Positions 1 to 13,137 of a stretch of DNA of 64,000 nucleotides are shown piece by piece (the stretch's first letter is position 1; each line of letters opens with the position of its first letter). The translations under genes and the position numbers were made by a program. The stretch comes from Octopus sinensis (lineage: Eukaryota): the NCBI RefSeq assembly GCF_006345805.1, contig NC_042997.1, positions 200,570,001 to 200,634,000 on the forward strand. The letters are read 5' to 3'. The notes beneath the pieces were generated by a model that was not told the DNA's origin, searched no databases, and worked only from the letters and a program-made list of their open reading frames with translations.

Positions 1-77
1 TGAGATTTTGAAAGGCTTAGATGATGCATTTATCTAATCAGTACAACAGTTTCATATCAACTATACACTATTATGGT

Positions 78-355
78 CAGTGGCGGACTGGGTCTATAAA
101 TATTGGTTGCCAGGAGACTAAGGGAGGCCATCCGCAACTACAAGGGGTGGGGGCACCTGCAACTGCAATGCTATCATTTAAATTTTTTTTGTTAAAAGTA
201 TTCTTTTTCAACTGTCTACAAACACAGCCAGGCTGAAATAATTAATGCATTCTCAAACTTGAGGGGATAGGCCCCTTAGATACTAACATGTGCCCCTATA
301 TATATGGACTCTACTGGCACATTGGTAAGCTGGCAACCTAGCCAGTCCACCACTG
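78..355. mobile_element. hAT-type MITE
   Basis: 14-bp TIRs CAGTGGCGGACTGG (78-91) / CCAGTCCACCACTG (342-355), 1 mismatch; degenerate 8-bp TSD ATTATGGT / ACTATGAT (6/8). Confidence 0.7.
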
Positions 356-465
356 ACTATGATTAGATCATAAACAGAAAATATAGATTCCTTATGAAAA
401 TTCTTTACTTTTTGAAATATCCTTCCTTTATTATTAATTATGGTCTAGAAATGCTAAAATTTCAA

Positions 466-590
466 GAGACAGATAGAGAGAGAGAGAGAGAGACAGATAG
501 ATTGAGAGATAGATAGAATAGATAGATAGATAAATAAATAGATAGATAGATAGAATAGATAGATAGATAGATAGAATAGAATAGATAGAG

Positions 591-621
<31 letters not shown>

Positions 622-657
622 CAGATAGACAGATAGACAGATAGATAGATAGATAGA

Positions 658-718
<61 letters not shown>

Positions 719-775
719 ATGGGTAGATACATAGACAGACAGACAAATAAATAGATAGATAGTTGGATGTATAGA
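466..775. repeat. Compound (GA)n/(GATA)n microsatellite
   Basis: Directly visible; source of the YLSI-type spurious ORFs. Confidence 0.95.
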
Positions 776-1284
776 TATAAATACAGTTAAATGCATCAGC
801 ATTTTCTGTTGTAAATTAATGCAAATTTTTTTGATAAGTAAGCATTGAACATCAAATAATGGGATTATAACACCATTTTTTGATGAAGTGTATTATTCTT
901 AATGGTTTACATTTACTGGTTAATGAAATCACGGAACATCAGAAAATTCTTGAAATAAAATAAGCCCAAAATGGAATTTTGAAATTTCATTATTTTATTA
1001 TGGTGGAAATTATATAAATTGTCTTAGGTTCGAGGCAGAGAAGGAGAGAAAAAGAGAGAGAGAGGGGGAGGGAGAAGGAGAGTAATTTATTTTGCAGAAC
1101 TTCAACGGTCAAAACTTGAAGTGTGATGAAGAACGTTATGAATTTATAATGTCTGAAAGATAATACAAAAAGAAGAAAAAGAAGGAAATTGCTTGATTCA
1201 TTCGGACAAAATTTCTGTGACTGAGATTTGCATTGTTATTCATTTGTCCTTTTTATTATCCTCTATCTTTTTCTCTTTTGCTTG

Positions 1285-1551
1285 TTTCAGACATTAGACT
1301 GTGCCCATGCTGGGGCACCACCTTGGAGAATTCTTAGCTGAATGAATTGAACCCCGATACTTATTGTTTTAAAGCCTAGTACTTATTCTGTCTGTCTCTT
1401 TTGCTGAGCCACTAAGTTATGGGGATGTAAACACACCAACAACAGTTGTGAAGTGGCAGTGGCAGACAAACACAGACACAAAAGCACACACACATAGATA
1501 TATAAATATATGCATATACGTATCTATCTAGCTGTCTGTCTGACTGTCTGA

Positions 1552-1585
<34 letters not shown>

Positions 1586-1872
1586 CTCTATTTATATGTC
1601 TGTCTATCTCTCTATCTATCTGTCTGTCTATCTATCCGTCTGTTTAGCTGCCAGCCTGTCTGCCTGCTTGCCTGCCTCTCTGTCTATCTATCTATCTATC
1701 TATCTATATGCAAGAGGCTTCTTTCAGTTTCCATCTACCAAATCCATTCATAAGGCCTTGGTAAGCCCAGGTGCTATAACAGAAGAGACTTGTCCAAGGT
1801 GTCATGCAGTGGACTGAACTGGACCAAGTGGTTGGGAAGCAAGCTTGTAACCACATAACCATGCCTGTGCCA
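1285..1872 (-). mobile_element. SINE family A (tRNA-like head, CORE-like box, central TA/TG microsatellite, GCTCCAGCATGGCC tail), degenerate
   Basis: Reverse-complement match to better-preserved copies at 51143 and 59915; heavy CpG decay. Confidence 0.8.
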
Positions 1873-2097
1873 TAGTAATTCATTAATTAATTAATTATCT
1901 TATTTTTTAAGTCTATCACAATTAGTCAACAATAAAATATTGGTCAAAATTTAACAATGACCAATCACTCATTCACTGGTTTTCATTAAATTACAAGAAT
2001 GACAAGGGAATGCTTTTAATTTAGGGCAGAACAAATATTACAAGTGGGCATTTTCTGAAGTGAGCCAATTTTTTTTTGTTTTTCTCAAGTGTAACAT

Positions 2098-2470
2098 AGG
2101 CACAGTCCTGATTGCATGGTTCAAATGTCTGCTTTCCAGTCACATGATTCTACGTTCAGTCCCACTGCATAATACCTTGAGGTAGTGTCTTTTACTATGG
2201 GTCTAACTTGACAAAAGCCTTTTGAGTGGATTATAGATGGAAACTGAAAGAATCCCATCTTATTGCTGCTGGTACTGCATGAAAAGCACCCAGCACACTC
2301 AGTAAAGTGGTCAGCATCATTAAGGGGAGTGTCCAGCAATAGAAACAATGTGAAAACAGATGGTGAAGCTTGGCACAATCTTCTGACCTACCAGCTCCTG
2401 CCAAACCGTCCAACCCACGCCAGCATGGAAAACAGACGTTAAGTAATTCTAATGATGATGAAGATGATGG
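2098..2470 (+). mobile_element. SINE A 5' half joined to RTE-type 3' tail with (GAT)n
   Basis: gttcagtcccactgc...ggaaactgaaagaa followed by ccaacccacgccagcatggaaaacagacgttaa-(gat)n. Confidence 0.65.
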
Positions 2471-2802
2471 TGATGAGGATGAAGATGAAGATGATGATGG
2501 TGATGGTGATAATGAGGGTGATGATAAGGATGATGTTGATACACACACACACACATGATGTGTCGTTCATTTCAAATATTCTGAAAAACATGTTTAGCTA
2601 TGGTAGAATATTACCTTGTTTGGAAATAGATAAGGGTTGGTGACAGGAAGAGTATCTGTCCATAGAAAATGCATCACAGTAAACTCCACCCAATCCATGC
2701 AAGCATGGCCCAATGAGAGTTAAAACAATGACGATGATGATGATGATGATGATGATGAGGAGAGGAGGAGGAGGAATAGGAGGAAGAAGATGAGGATGCT
2801 GC

Positions 2803-3180
2803 TGCTGATTGTTCGTTTGTTTGTTCGTTGAGTGAAGCGGTCTTCGTCCCAGTGGAAGAAGTCCGAAACGTGGTCCTTTGCTATTCGTAAGACCCGCAGA
2901 AGAGAAAGCAGGTCAACCCCTGACACTGAGAGCATTAACAGATGGATGAATGCGCATCCAGGCTCAGCTGTTGCGTAGGAAGTCGGGGACAAGAAACAGG
3001 AAGAAAGAGTGAGAGAAAGTTGGAGCGAAAGAGTACAACAGGGGTCGCCACCACCCCCTGCCGTGGAGCTTTTGGTGTTTTCGCTCAATAAACACACACA
3101 ACGCCCGGTCTGGGAATCAAAACCGCGATCCTCCGACCGTGAGTCCGCTGCCCTAACCACTGGGCCATTGTGCCTCCACT
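2803..3180 (-). mobile_element. SINE family C (tRNA-derived head with A/B boxes)
   Basis: Minus strand reads TGGCCCAGTGGTTAGGGCAGCGGACTCACGGTCGGAGGATCGCGGTTTTGATTCCC; body matches copies at 31229 and 54775. Confidence 0.85.
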
Positions 3181-3334
3181 TGCTGCTCCTGATGACGATT
3201 TACATTCCTTCAATTAAAGCAATTTGTTTGTTTGTTTGTTCCTTCTCAAGTCATGCCTGGCTCATAAGGGCCGGTTTTCTGGTTTCTTGGTGTATAGGTT
3301 CCCCACCTGGACGGGACGCCAGTCCGTCGAAGGT

Positions 3335-3535
3335 GAGCTGCAAGATGCAGGAGGAAAGAGTGAGAGAAAGTTGTGATAAAAGAGTCAGCACAAGTTTTGC
3401 CATTACCTTCTGCCAGAGCCGTGTGGAACTTAGGTGTTTCACTCATAAACACACACATCGTCCGGTCTGAGATTCGAACCCGAGATCCCTCGACCACGAG
3501 TCCGCTGCTCTAACCACTAGGCCATGTGCCTCCAC
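3335..3535 (-). mobile_element. SINE C-related partial copy
   Basis: Same head type (TGGCCTAGTGGTTAGAGCAGCGGAC...GGGTTCGAATC) and ctctcactctttc body. Confidence 0.7.
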
Positions 3536-4441
3536 AATTAGAGCAATGAGATCATAGAAGCATTACAGAAGATGCAGAAAGCAAACAGAAGCAAGGAATA
3601 GGAACAATTAAACTAAGAAATTATGTGTAGTTCTTTAGAACTTCAGTGTAGTTCTTAAGCTGTAAACATCTTAAGGTAGAAGTTAAACCTCCTTCAAGAA
3701 ACTTGAAAATGACGTCCATGGATTTTAAATCATTAATCTCATCACCACTGTCATCGCTGTCATCATCATCATAATTGCCACCGTCATCAATATTGTAATA
3801 GATCCATAATAAAGACTTGATAAACGTTGTTAGAAGTGGCAAATTGATTGTAACATTAGATCAGAGACCTCGGTGTCAGATGGCTACTTGATATGAGCTG
3901 ACTCAAGGCAAACCATTGGCCACAGCAACAACAACGTCAACAATAGAAGTCATCTGTATCTACACTATAATGAAGAAAGCTGCTTACTAATTAGCTATGT
4001 AACAATTACTAAAAGTACTAAAAGGAAGCAATTATTAAAGGGTTGACCGTCTGGAAATATTTTTATAAATAAATTTTCTAAAGAATTTCCTATAATTTCA
4101 ATTTCTCAAGTTAATTGAATTTTTTAAACTCCAATTTATCAAGTATTTTAATATTCATTGCATTCACTGCGTCCAATTTTTCACATATTTAAATATTCAT
4201 TGCATTCTCTGCCGACTATTCAATTTTTATTTGCAAAGTCTCACTTTCTCTTTTAATGTTTTCATTTCAAGTTTTGATTTGCTATTCGGAAAACCGACAG
4301 TTTATTCTGTTAATGTATACGTAATATATAAACATTATATATCGAATGAAAGGATCTTTTCCGTTTGGTTGCCAGCGGGTGCCAGCATCAATTTTCTGTT
4401 CGAATTGATTTCATATTCAGTGTAATGATACACTTTTATAG

Positions 4442-4522
4442 GATGATTAAGGACGTGAAAGTAATTTTCGCTATGAATCAGTAAATAAAGAATTATTGGT
4501 AATTAAAGTTTGAAAATTTTGA
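4442..4522 (+). other. Candidate non-coding (5'UTR/lncRNA) exon
   Basis: Acceptor cacttttatag| and donor |gtaagt at 4523; stops in all three frames; lies in a CpG-retaining patch. Splice signals only. Confidence 0.2.
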
Positions 4523-5189
4523 GTAAGTCACAGACACATTCATGCCTGTTTCGATAGTAACAAGCGGACACATGAGAACTCTTTTGCCTGTTGCCATTGT
4601 AACAGTCTCTGGAAAGTCTTTTATCTGCGAGGAATCACGATTTGTGGTCATGCTGGAGCTGGTTTCTTGCTATAGAAGAGCTACGTGGCTACTTGCATAA
4701 TAGAAGAGTGGGTGGGAGCAAGTGGGGTGGAGCAGAAAAGGGAGATAAAACAGGTTTGATGAAGTGTCAGTGTTGATGCTCAAGTTATGAAGTGAAGAGA
4801 AGTGAGTTGGAACAGGACAAGGAATATGATTTGGTAGAATTTGCAAGATTCCATGAGGAGAATGTTGGATAGTTTGAGGTAGAGAATAGGTGGTGGGGCA
4901 AATATACTGAAAGAAGGACAAGGGTTGAATAGCGATGGGTGAAGAATGTGCATTGAAAGGGATGTAGGGAAGAGTAGGTGATGACTGTAAGAGATTGGGC
5001 AGTGTTGAGGGTGAATGTAGGGAATGATGGATAAAGATGGAGAGGGGGAGCATTAATACATATGAGTTAAGGGGAAGGTTGAAGGTTGTAGCTAATGCTT
5101 AACAGTACAGAAAATGGTGGTGGTGGTGGGGAAGCAACAATATTTTGCACAATTCTCAACAATAGTTGATTCATAAAGCCAGATAGTCA

Positions 5190-5193
5190 TCAC

Positions 5194-5230
<37 letters not shown>

Positions 5231-5530
5231 GTTACTGTCGTCTTCAACATTATCATTTAACGTCTGTTTTCCATGCCTGCATGGGTTAGATGGTTTGATA
5301 GGAGCTGGTAAAGCCTGGGATCACACTCAGGCTCCATAGTCTGTTTCCACATGTTTTCTACAGCTAGAAGCCCTTCGCGATGCCAACCCCTTTATAGCCT
5401 CTACTGGTTGCTTTTTGTGTGGCACTAGCACCAGTGATTTTACATGGCACCAGTACCAGTGTTTTTTATGTGGCACCAGCACCAACAGGGTCACCAAGTA
5501 ACTTGCAAGACAAAAACCCCTTCAGCTGGA
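5190..5530 (-). mobile_element. RTE-type LINE 3' tail with (ATG)n end
   Basis: (cat)n...tttaacgtctgttttccatgc; shared with the RTE copy at 8697-9420. Confidence 0.7.
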
Positions 5531-5967
5531 AAGAGGGAGTAACAGTGAGGGTGGTGGTGGTGGCTTTTTTTCAATTAGGAGAGATTAGAGATTTAGCGGG
5601 ACAGGGGTAGGCATCTTGCTGTAGAGAATAAAGAAAGTGGAGTGAGTTAGAGAGTAATATTGTGGACATTAAAGAAGGTGGTGAGCTGACAGAATTGTTA
5701 GAATGCTGGGTTTAATGCTTGGTGGCATTTCAACCATCTTCATGTTTTCAGTTGAAATGTTGCCGAGGTTGACTTTGCCTTTCATCCTTTTGGGTGGTTG
5801 ATAAAATAAGTACCAGTTGAGTAATGGGGTCGATGTAATCAACTTAGCCAACTCCTCCAAAATTGCTGGCCTTGTACTAAAATGTGAAGTGATATTGTAG
5901 ACATAAACTTCTTTGTTTTATTTCAGTAAAAGTTAGTCTCAGAGTTGAAGCAATAAAAATAATGTTG

Positions 5968-6250
5968 AAGGCAGCAAGCTGGCAGAAACGTTAGCACACC
6001 GGGTGACATGCTTAGCAGTATTTCGTCTGTCTTTATATTCTGAGTTCAAATTCTGCCAAGGTCAACTTTATCTTTCATTCTTTCAGGGTCAATAGATTGA
6101 GTACCAGTTGCATACTGCAATCAATAAATTAAGTACCAGTTGCATACTGGGGTTGATAAATTAAGTACCAGCTGCATACTACGGTCGATTTAATTGACTG
6201 GTTCCCTCCCCGCAAAATTTCGGACCTTGTGCCAAAAGCAGAAAAGAATA
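5968..6250 (+). mobile_element. SINE family B (tRNA-like head plus GTCGACTTTGCCTTTCATCC...AAGTACCAG central domain)
   Basis: Matches copies at 14545 and 52093; internal 3x repeat of taaattaagtaccagttgcatactg. Confidence 0.8.
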
Positions 6251-7536
6251 AAAATAATGTTGATTAATTCTCAAAAACAAAGCAAAAAAAAAATTAAATT
6301 AAATAAAAATATATATATATTATTACAAAAAGTCAGCATTATATAAAGAACTGCACAGAGAAGAATAGAAAACTTACCAAAATATATTTCAGTAAAGAAA
6401 AAATATATATATATATATTAAAGAGATTAGCATAGGAGGAAAAAAAATATTGTCAATCTTTACAAATTTAATACATTTCTTATGTCAGTTATAAAACCAG
6501 GAGAATGAAATCATGAGGCCTATTCCTATTATATTGATGTCCAATAATTGTTAAAATTTGCTGTATTTAGAAAATATTTTTGCATTAAAGATTATTTTGG
6601 GAAGCAGTCTATTTGAAAATGAAACAGCTGACAATAGCAGCTATGCAAATTGCACTCCTGCTAACTATAAACTATTTCATTTTGCATCATATTTCCTCTG
6701 GGAATTTTCTATGTTGAACTGGTAAAATCTGTCTTTGATACAATAATATAATGATATTTTTCCCCCATAAAGTTGTACCTTGTGTTCAAAGTTTCCATTT
6801 TAATGTATAATCTAAGGTTAATTCTAGGATAAAATATATTTTTATCATTATGTCATTCTTCTAAAATTTTAAAAATATTCCTTTCTGCATAACTTTAATT
6901 TATTACAAAACTGATATTGCATAGCTCAAAAGTTTATTGTTGAAATATTTCCATTGAATTTATTATTTCATGCGTATTTCTGCTTTTGTTTATTACTTAT
7001 TTTTTACTTTTTATTGTACCTATGATACAAACAACATTTTGTAATATTGTAATGAATCAGTGAAAACAAAATTACAGAAATTACAATCCTATATAGAAAA
7101 TATGAAAAGTATAAGAGATCATAAAATGAAGGTGTTTATACACAAGAGACTCAGCTTGCTGGGTAGTATAATGAAAATTTTTTATTTGGTAGAGAAAAGA
7201 ATCAGAGAAAACATATTAAAAGAACAATTGTTTGCCAGCAATTTGGAAGCTAATGGCAAATATCTTTCTAATTACACTTTGTTACAAATGGACCAATGAA
7301 ATATTAAGGCAATAAAATGCTTCCAGTTTATGATGGGTTTTATTTCAAAAATATGATATTTGTGCATGCGACTTAAACCAGCAATAGAGAGTCTCTGTGC
7401 AGTCATTTAAACTACTAGAAATAGCAGCCAAATATACCTGAAGTTCTAGAATCACATGGCATAATGTAGTTCGAGATATACTAAGGCAAAATGGTTATGA
7501 TCATAGGACTACTCCATGAGGACCTTCTTAGGGTTA

Positions 7537-7642
7537 GCAGCAGCAGCAACAACAGCTGTTGCTGCTGCTGCTGCAACTACTGCTACTACTACAATTACTA
7601 CTACTGCTGCTACTACTACTACTGCTGCTGCTGCTGCTACAT
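7537..7642. repeat. (CAG/CTG/CTA)n trinucleotide microsatellite
   Basis: Directly visible. Confidence 0.9.
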
Positions 7643-7765
7643 AGCAATAGTGATTTTTCTCTCTAGTTCTTTGTTTTAACAAATCTGAATGAAAGGTAAA
7701 CTAATGTCAACAAGATTTGAACTCAAAATGCAAAAGACTCTCACAGGAGCCACACTGGGTTCTTA

Positions 7766-7816
7766 AATTATGGAGTGAATTTTAGGGCTTATAAATCTAA
7801 AATTCACTCCACAATT
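7766..7816. repeat. Near-perfect hairpin (15-bp perfect stem, 11-nt loop)
   Basis: TGGAGTGAATTTTAG (7771-7785) / CTAAAATTCACTCCA (7797-7811), extendable by aatta/caatt. Confidence 0.85.
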
Positions 7817-8040
7817 GCCCACGGGCATATGGCATAGTGGTTAAGAGATTCCGAGTTCGATTTCAAGCAGTGAACTGAACAACAACAACAATAATTATAA
7901 TAACATCAAAAAATACCTTAGGAATGAGAACCCAGGTTCGAAATTTCTCCAAGACACCTGAAGAAGGCTGGAGGGTGTATCAGCCGAAATGTTGTGTTAA
8001 CAACAAACAAGATGAGGACAAATAATGTAAATAATGTATA
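7817..8040 (+). mobile_element. SINE family F: tRNA-like head + (AAC/AAT)n spacer + hammerhead ribozyme + (taaataatg)n tail
   Basis: A box TGGCATAGTGG 7830-7840, B box GAGTTCGATT 7853-7862, second B-like box GGTTCGAAAT 7935-7944, HHR 7953-7998; second copy split at 33042/37357. Confidence 0.8.
7953..7998 (+). ncRNA. Minimal type I hammerhead ribozyme
   Basis: Stem I GACAC/GTGTT; core CTGAAGA + extra A; stem II GGCTG/CAGCC; GAAA; stem III AATGTT (probable CpG decay of palindrome AACGTT); predicted cleavage after GUU. Confidence 0.75.
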
Positions 8041-8294
8041 AGTACTGGGGTTGATTCATTCAACTTGTACTTCTTCAAAGCTGTGCCCCAGCATGGCCAC
8101 TGAAACAAAGGGTGACATAAATAATGCAATGCATGTTTCTTCCAGTGCTTTAACAATTCTGTTAGATTACTGCCATAAAATTGCCTTTCAAGAAAGAAGG
8201 ATTTCTTAGAAGCACTGAATCACATATTTTGAGGGAGGAGTATATATGGAATCTATGAAATTGTCCCCAGAATTTCATTTTTATTATTTTTTAG

Positions 8295-8351
8295 AAAGAT
8301 CAAAGACAGAAGTCAACTTTAGACTGGGCTCAGCTCCCAACACGGAAGAAT
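8295..8351 (+). CDS. Candidate 57-nt symmetrical micro-exon of an unidentified host gene
   Basis: Acceptor ttattattttttag|, donor |gtatgt at 8352; open in two frames (KDQRQKSTLDWAQLPTRKN or RSKTEVNFRLGSAPNTEE); no protein recognised. Confidence 0.25.
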
Positions 8352-8696
8352 GTATGTAAATTCTGTGAAATATTTTTTCCTGATTCTCTTATAAGTAATT
8401 CTAACAATCCACCCACCATTTTTGCCAAACCATCATCAACACCACCACTACTGCTGCTGCTACCACTGCTACTACTACAATGTTTGTATACATAAATGAA
8501 TAAATAAATAAATAAATAATGATGACTTAATTTATTACTCAATAAAACTGGTATTTCATGAATAAAGATGCATGTTTACATAACAAAACATAACATGATA
8601 AAATCTTTTGTTATTTTAATTGAACCAAATGTTCAAATTATGAATTTTTATAAATAATTTGTATAGATTTTTTTTCTATGAAAGGATGTGGTGAAG

Positions 8697-9420
8697 AGTT
8701 ATCATCATCGTCGTTTAACGTCTGCTTTCCATGCTAGCATGGGTTAGATGGTTTGACTGAGGGCTGGCAAGCCAGGAGGCCGCACCAGGCACCAGTCTGA
8801 TTTGGCAAAGTTTCTACAGCTGGATGCCCTTCCTAACGCCAACCACTCTGAGAGTGTATTCGGCGCTTTTTACATGCCACCGGTGCAGGAGCCAGTCAGG
8901 CAGCACTGGCAATGATAGTGCTCGAATGGTACTCTTTACATGCCACTGGCACAGGACCAGTCAGCTTGTACTGGCACCAACCATGCTCAAACGGTGCCTT
9001 TTACATGCCACCTGCACAAGTGCCAATCGAGCAGTGCTGTCATCGGCCACAACAGTAACTTCACTTGCCTCAACAGGTCTTCGCAAGCGCAGTTTATTGC
9101 CCAAAGATTGAAGGGCACTCTTAAATGGACCAGTTATGCTGCACTGGCATAGACCACTGTTATGATCACACTTGGCTTGCTGGGTCTCCTCAAGCACAGC
9201 ATATCTCCAAAGGTCTTGGTCACTTGTTATCACCTCAGTGAGGCCCAATGTTTGAAGGTCATGCTTCACCACCTTATCTGAGGTCTCCCTGGGTCTACCT
9301 CTTCCACAGGTTCCTTTTACTGCTAGGGTGTGACACTTTTTCACACAGCTGTCCTCATCTGCACACAACACATGACCATCCCAGTGCAGTCGTCTTTCTT
9401 GCACACCACATCTAATGCTT
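8697..9420 (-). mobile_element. 5'-truncated RTE-clade LINE (ORF C-terminus + 3'UTR + (ATG)n tail)
   Basis: ORF 8961-9404 has RRLHWDGHVL...KGTCGRGRPRETSDKVVKHDL...DQDLWRYAV, typical of the RTE C-terminus (RLRWxGHV...RGRPRKTW...DRxxWR). Confidence 0.85.
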
Positions 9421-9689
9421 GGATTTCCTTAGTATCCTTACTTATGGATGGTGTTCCAACCCTGACTATTCCATTACAAACAGCGAGGAATTCATATTCG
9501 TAGCATGATTAAAGAATAACTTAACATATCAATACCTCAATTTGATATTGTATTATGTGGGTGAATAAATTCAATCAATTATTGAAAAGATGGAATGAGG
9601 AGAGAAGAATTGAATGGATTTCTGATATATATCTAAGTTATAGTTTGATCATTAGAAGAACTAACTTGTAGTATAATTGGTCAAACATG

Positions 9690-10865
<1,176 letters not shown>

Positions 10866-11553
10866 TAAAACAATAAACATCATGAAGTGAATTGGGGGAA
10901 TAAGTTCAGATTGAGAGAAAGAATTATAAACGAGTGAGGACGAATACTTGCAATCAAAGTGGTAGATATTGGGGAAAAATTATAAGATAAAAATTTAGAA
11001 ATAACATGTCAGAAGAAGAAGCTAGAAGGGTAAATGGACTCTGAATCATTGTTAGAAAATTAAAAGAAGTGTTAGCTGTGTGATAGTCATGGTGGTGTTA
11101 TGGTAGCTGCTGTTGTTTTTGCTGGTGAATAAAAATACATTTCTAAGGTTGCGTGAAGAAGTAACTAACAACACTTGTGAACAATTAGCAGAAGATTTAA
11201 TCACCGCACATAGTTTTTTTTTTATGTGTTGGTCATTTAACAAATACTAAAAGTGACAATTATACACCAAGAGAGACGTACTTCTAGGATAAATGACAAA
11301 TTAACTGCTATAACAATCTGTGCTTCATCCATCGCAATTGGAAAATAATTGTGCTATATTTGTGATAATGAAAATTCTGATTACCATCTGCCATCTGTCT
11401 TAATTGAGAGGAATTGAAGACGAGAATAGAGACAGCCACAGCTGCCTCAAGATTCTGTGATTACTGCCAAAAATTAACTTTATATATAGGGCACAAGGAG
11501 AAAGTTCTAGAAAATCAAATTACATGATGGTTTGACAATGTATGGTTGCTTAA

Positions 11554-12502
11554 CCCTTTGCCTGCCATGAGCCCCATTTGGGGATCTGCTAAAAACAGTC
11601 TCTCTGCCGGTTGTTCGTTGTATTTGAATTAAATTGCTTATGTACATTGCATTTGCAGAGGTGTGTTTAATATCTTGTTGTTAAAACTTTGCCATTATTA
11701 GCTCTGGCTAATCCTAGAGGACATTTTATGTCATAAATCACAATGTTTGAACTACAAAAATATTGACTGTTTTGAAAACGTTTTTTTTTTTTACTGTTGT
11801 GTCTGGGGAGAGTCATTTTCTTTTAATACACGAACTCATATAAAGAATCTTGCAAACCAAATCCAAAAACGAAATATTTTATTTTACATTTCCCATCTAT
11901 ATCAATCATTGATATTTCATACGCATTCGCATTTGATACTACAGTTTCAAAAATATTAAAATATTTATTATTGAGATTGAATAGAAAAGGATAGATATGC
12001 GTTTTTCCAGTGACCCCCATTTGGGTCTTCTCAAAAAATTTATCATAATTTCCAAAATAATTCACATATGAAGAAAATTTAAATGCTGAAATCCCCTTCG
12101 GTCATGATACAGACCATGGGATTGCACCTAGAAAGTTACCCTCCCAGGCACAAGACCAAGCAAGGTTGCTTATGGAAGACCAGCAGTCACCCATGCATAT
12201 TAGCCTCCCCTCTCCATGCCATCAGTGTTATCCAAGGGAAAGGCAAAGGCTGATACAGCTTGGCACCTGTGATGTTACAACTCATTTCAACAGCTGAGTG
12301 AACTGAAGCAATGTGAAATAAAGTGTCTTGCTCAAGAATACAACACGGGATTTGAACTCACAACCTCACGATCATAAGCTTGATGCTCTAACCACTGAGC
12401 CATGCGCCTTCACAGAAAATTTAAACACCATATATTATTTTAACTCCTAAAGACACCTGGCAAAGCCAAAAAATAGGAATAAAAAATTTGGCAGTTAATG
12501 GG
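11554..12502. mobile_element. piggyBac-type non-autonomous element (TTAA-flanked), interrupted by SINE E
   Basis: TTAA|CCCTTTGCCTGCCA ... TGGCAGTTAATGGG|TTAA (TTAA at 11550-11553 and 12503-12506). Confidence 0.7.
12095..12415 (-). mobile_element. SINE family E (tRNA head + ttgagcaagacactttatttcac box)
   Basis: Minus strand GAAGGCGCATGGCTCAGTGGTTAGAGC...GAGTTCAAATCCC; relatives at 15293 and 31905. Confidence 0.75.
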
Positions 12503-12659
12503 TTAATAGACCAATCATGTAAAACTACTGTGGTTTGATCATGATGTCTGCTAGGTTACTAAGCAATTCAGTTTTGAATCACCACTACAGAAATGAATGT
12601 GAGGTGAGTGAGATTTTATACATGGCAACTGAGTTGAAGCTTTTGTAGATATGTGTGAG

Positions 12660-13137
12660 TTTTAGTGACCGAGACCTTTGGTGATACGCTGTGCTTATGA
12701 GGACCAGTCAAGCCAAGTGAAATCGTAGTTGTGGCTGATGCTGGTGTTACGTAGCTGGCACCCATGCTGATGGCGCGTCAAGCACTGGGCCTCAGAGAGG
12801 CACAGTGACTGAGTTCATTACAAGTGTTGGGCCTCACAGAGGCAAAATGGCTGAGTATCTTTTGAGTGTTGGACCTCATGGAAGCACTGATTAAGACGTG
12901 GGAAGAAAACCCATCAAGCTGAGCAAAATCACAGCTGTGGCAGATACCAGTGCTTGTAGCATGTAAAAGCACTCATTGCACTCTCAGAGTGGTTGGCATT
13001 AGGAAGGGCATCCAGCAGTACAAAACCATGCTGAGTCAGACTGGAGTCTCGTGCAACCTTCCAGCATGCCAGCCCAGTCAAACTGTCCAACCCTTGCCAG
13101 CATGGACAACTGACATTAAATGATGATGATGATGATG
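12660..13137 (+). mobile_element. RTE 3' end with internal ~40-bp tandem repeats
   Basis: gaccgagacctttgg...gctgtgct (ORF end), gtgttgggcctcacagaggc repeats, aggaagggcatccagc...(gat)n tail. Confidence 0.7.

Noticed and set aside
4670-5053. 127-aa minus-strand ORF / possible Penelope ORF relic
   Set aside because: Strand-biased composition gives an L/P/S/H-rich ORF; only a vague F..PP resemblance in another frame, too weak to call.
7060-7299. 79-aa K/I-rich ORF
   Set aside because: GTG start, AT-rich codon artefact, no homology recognised.
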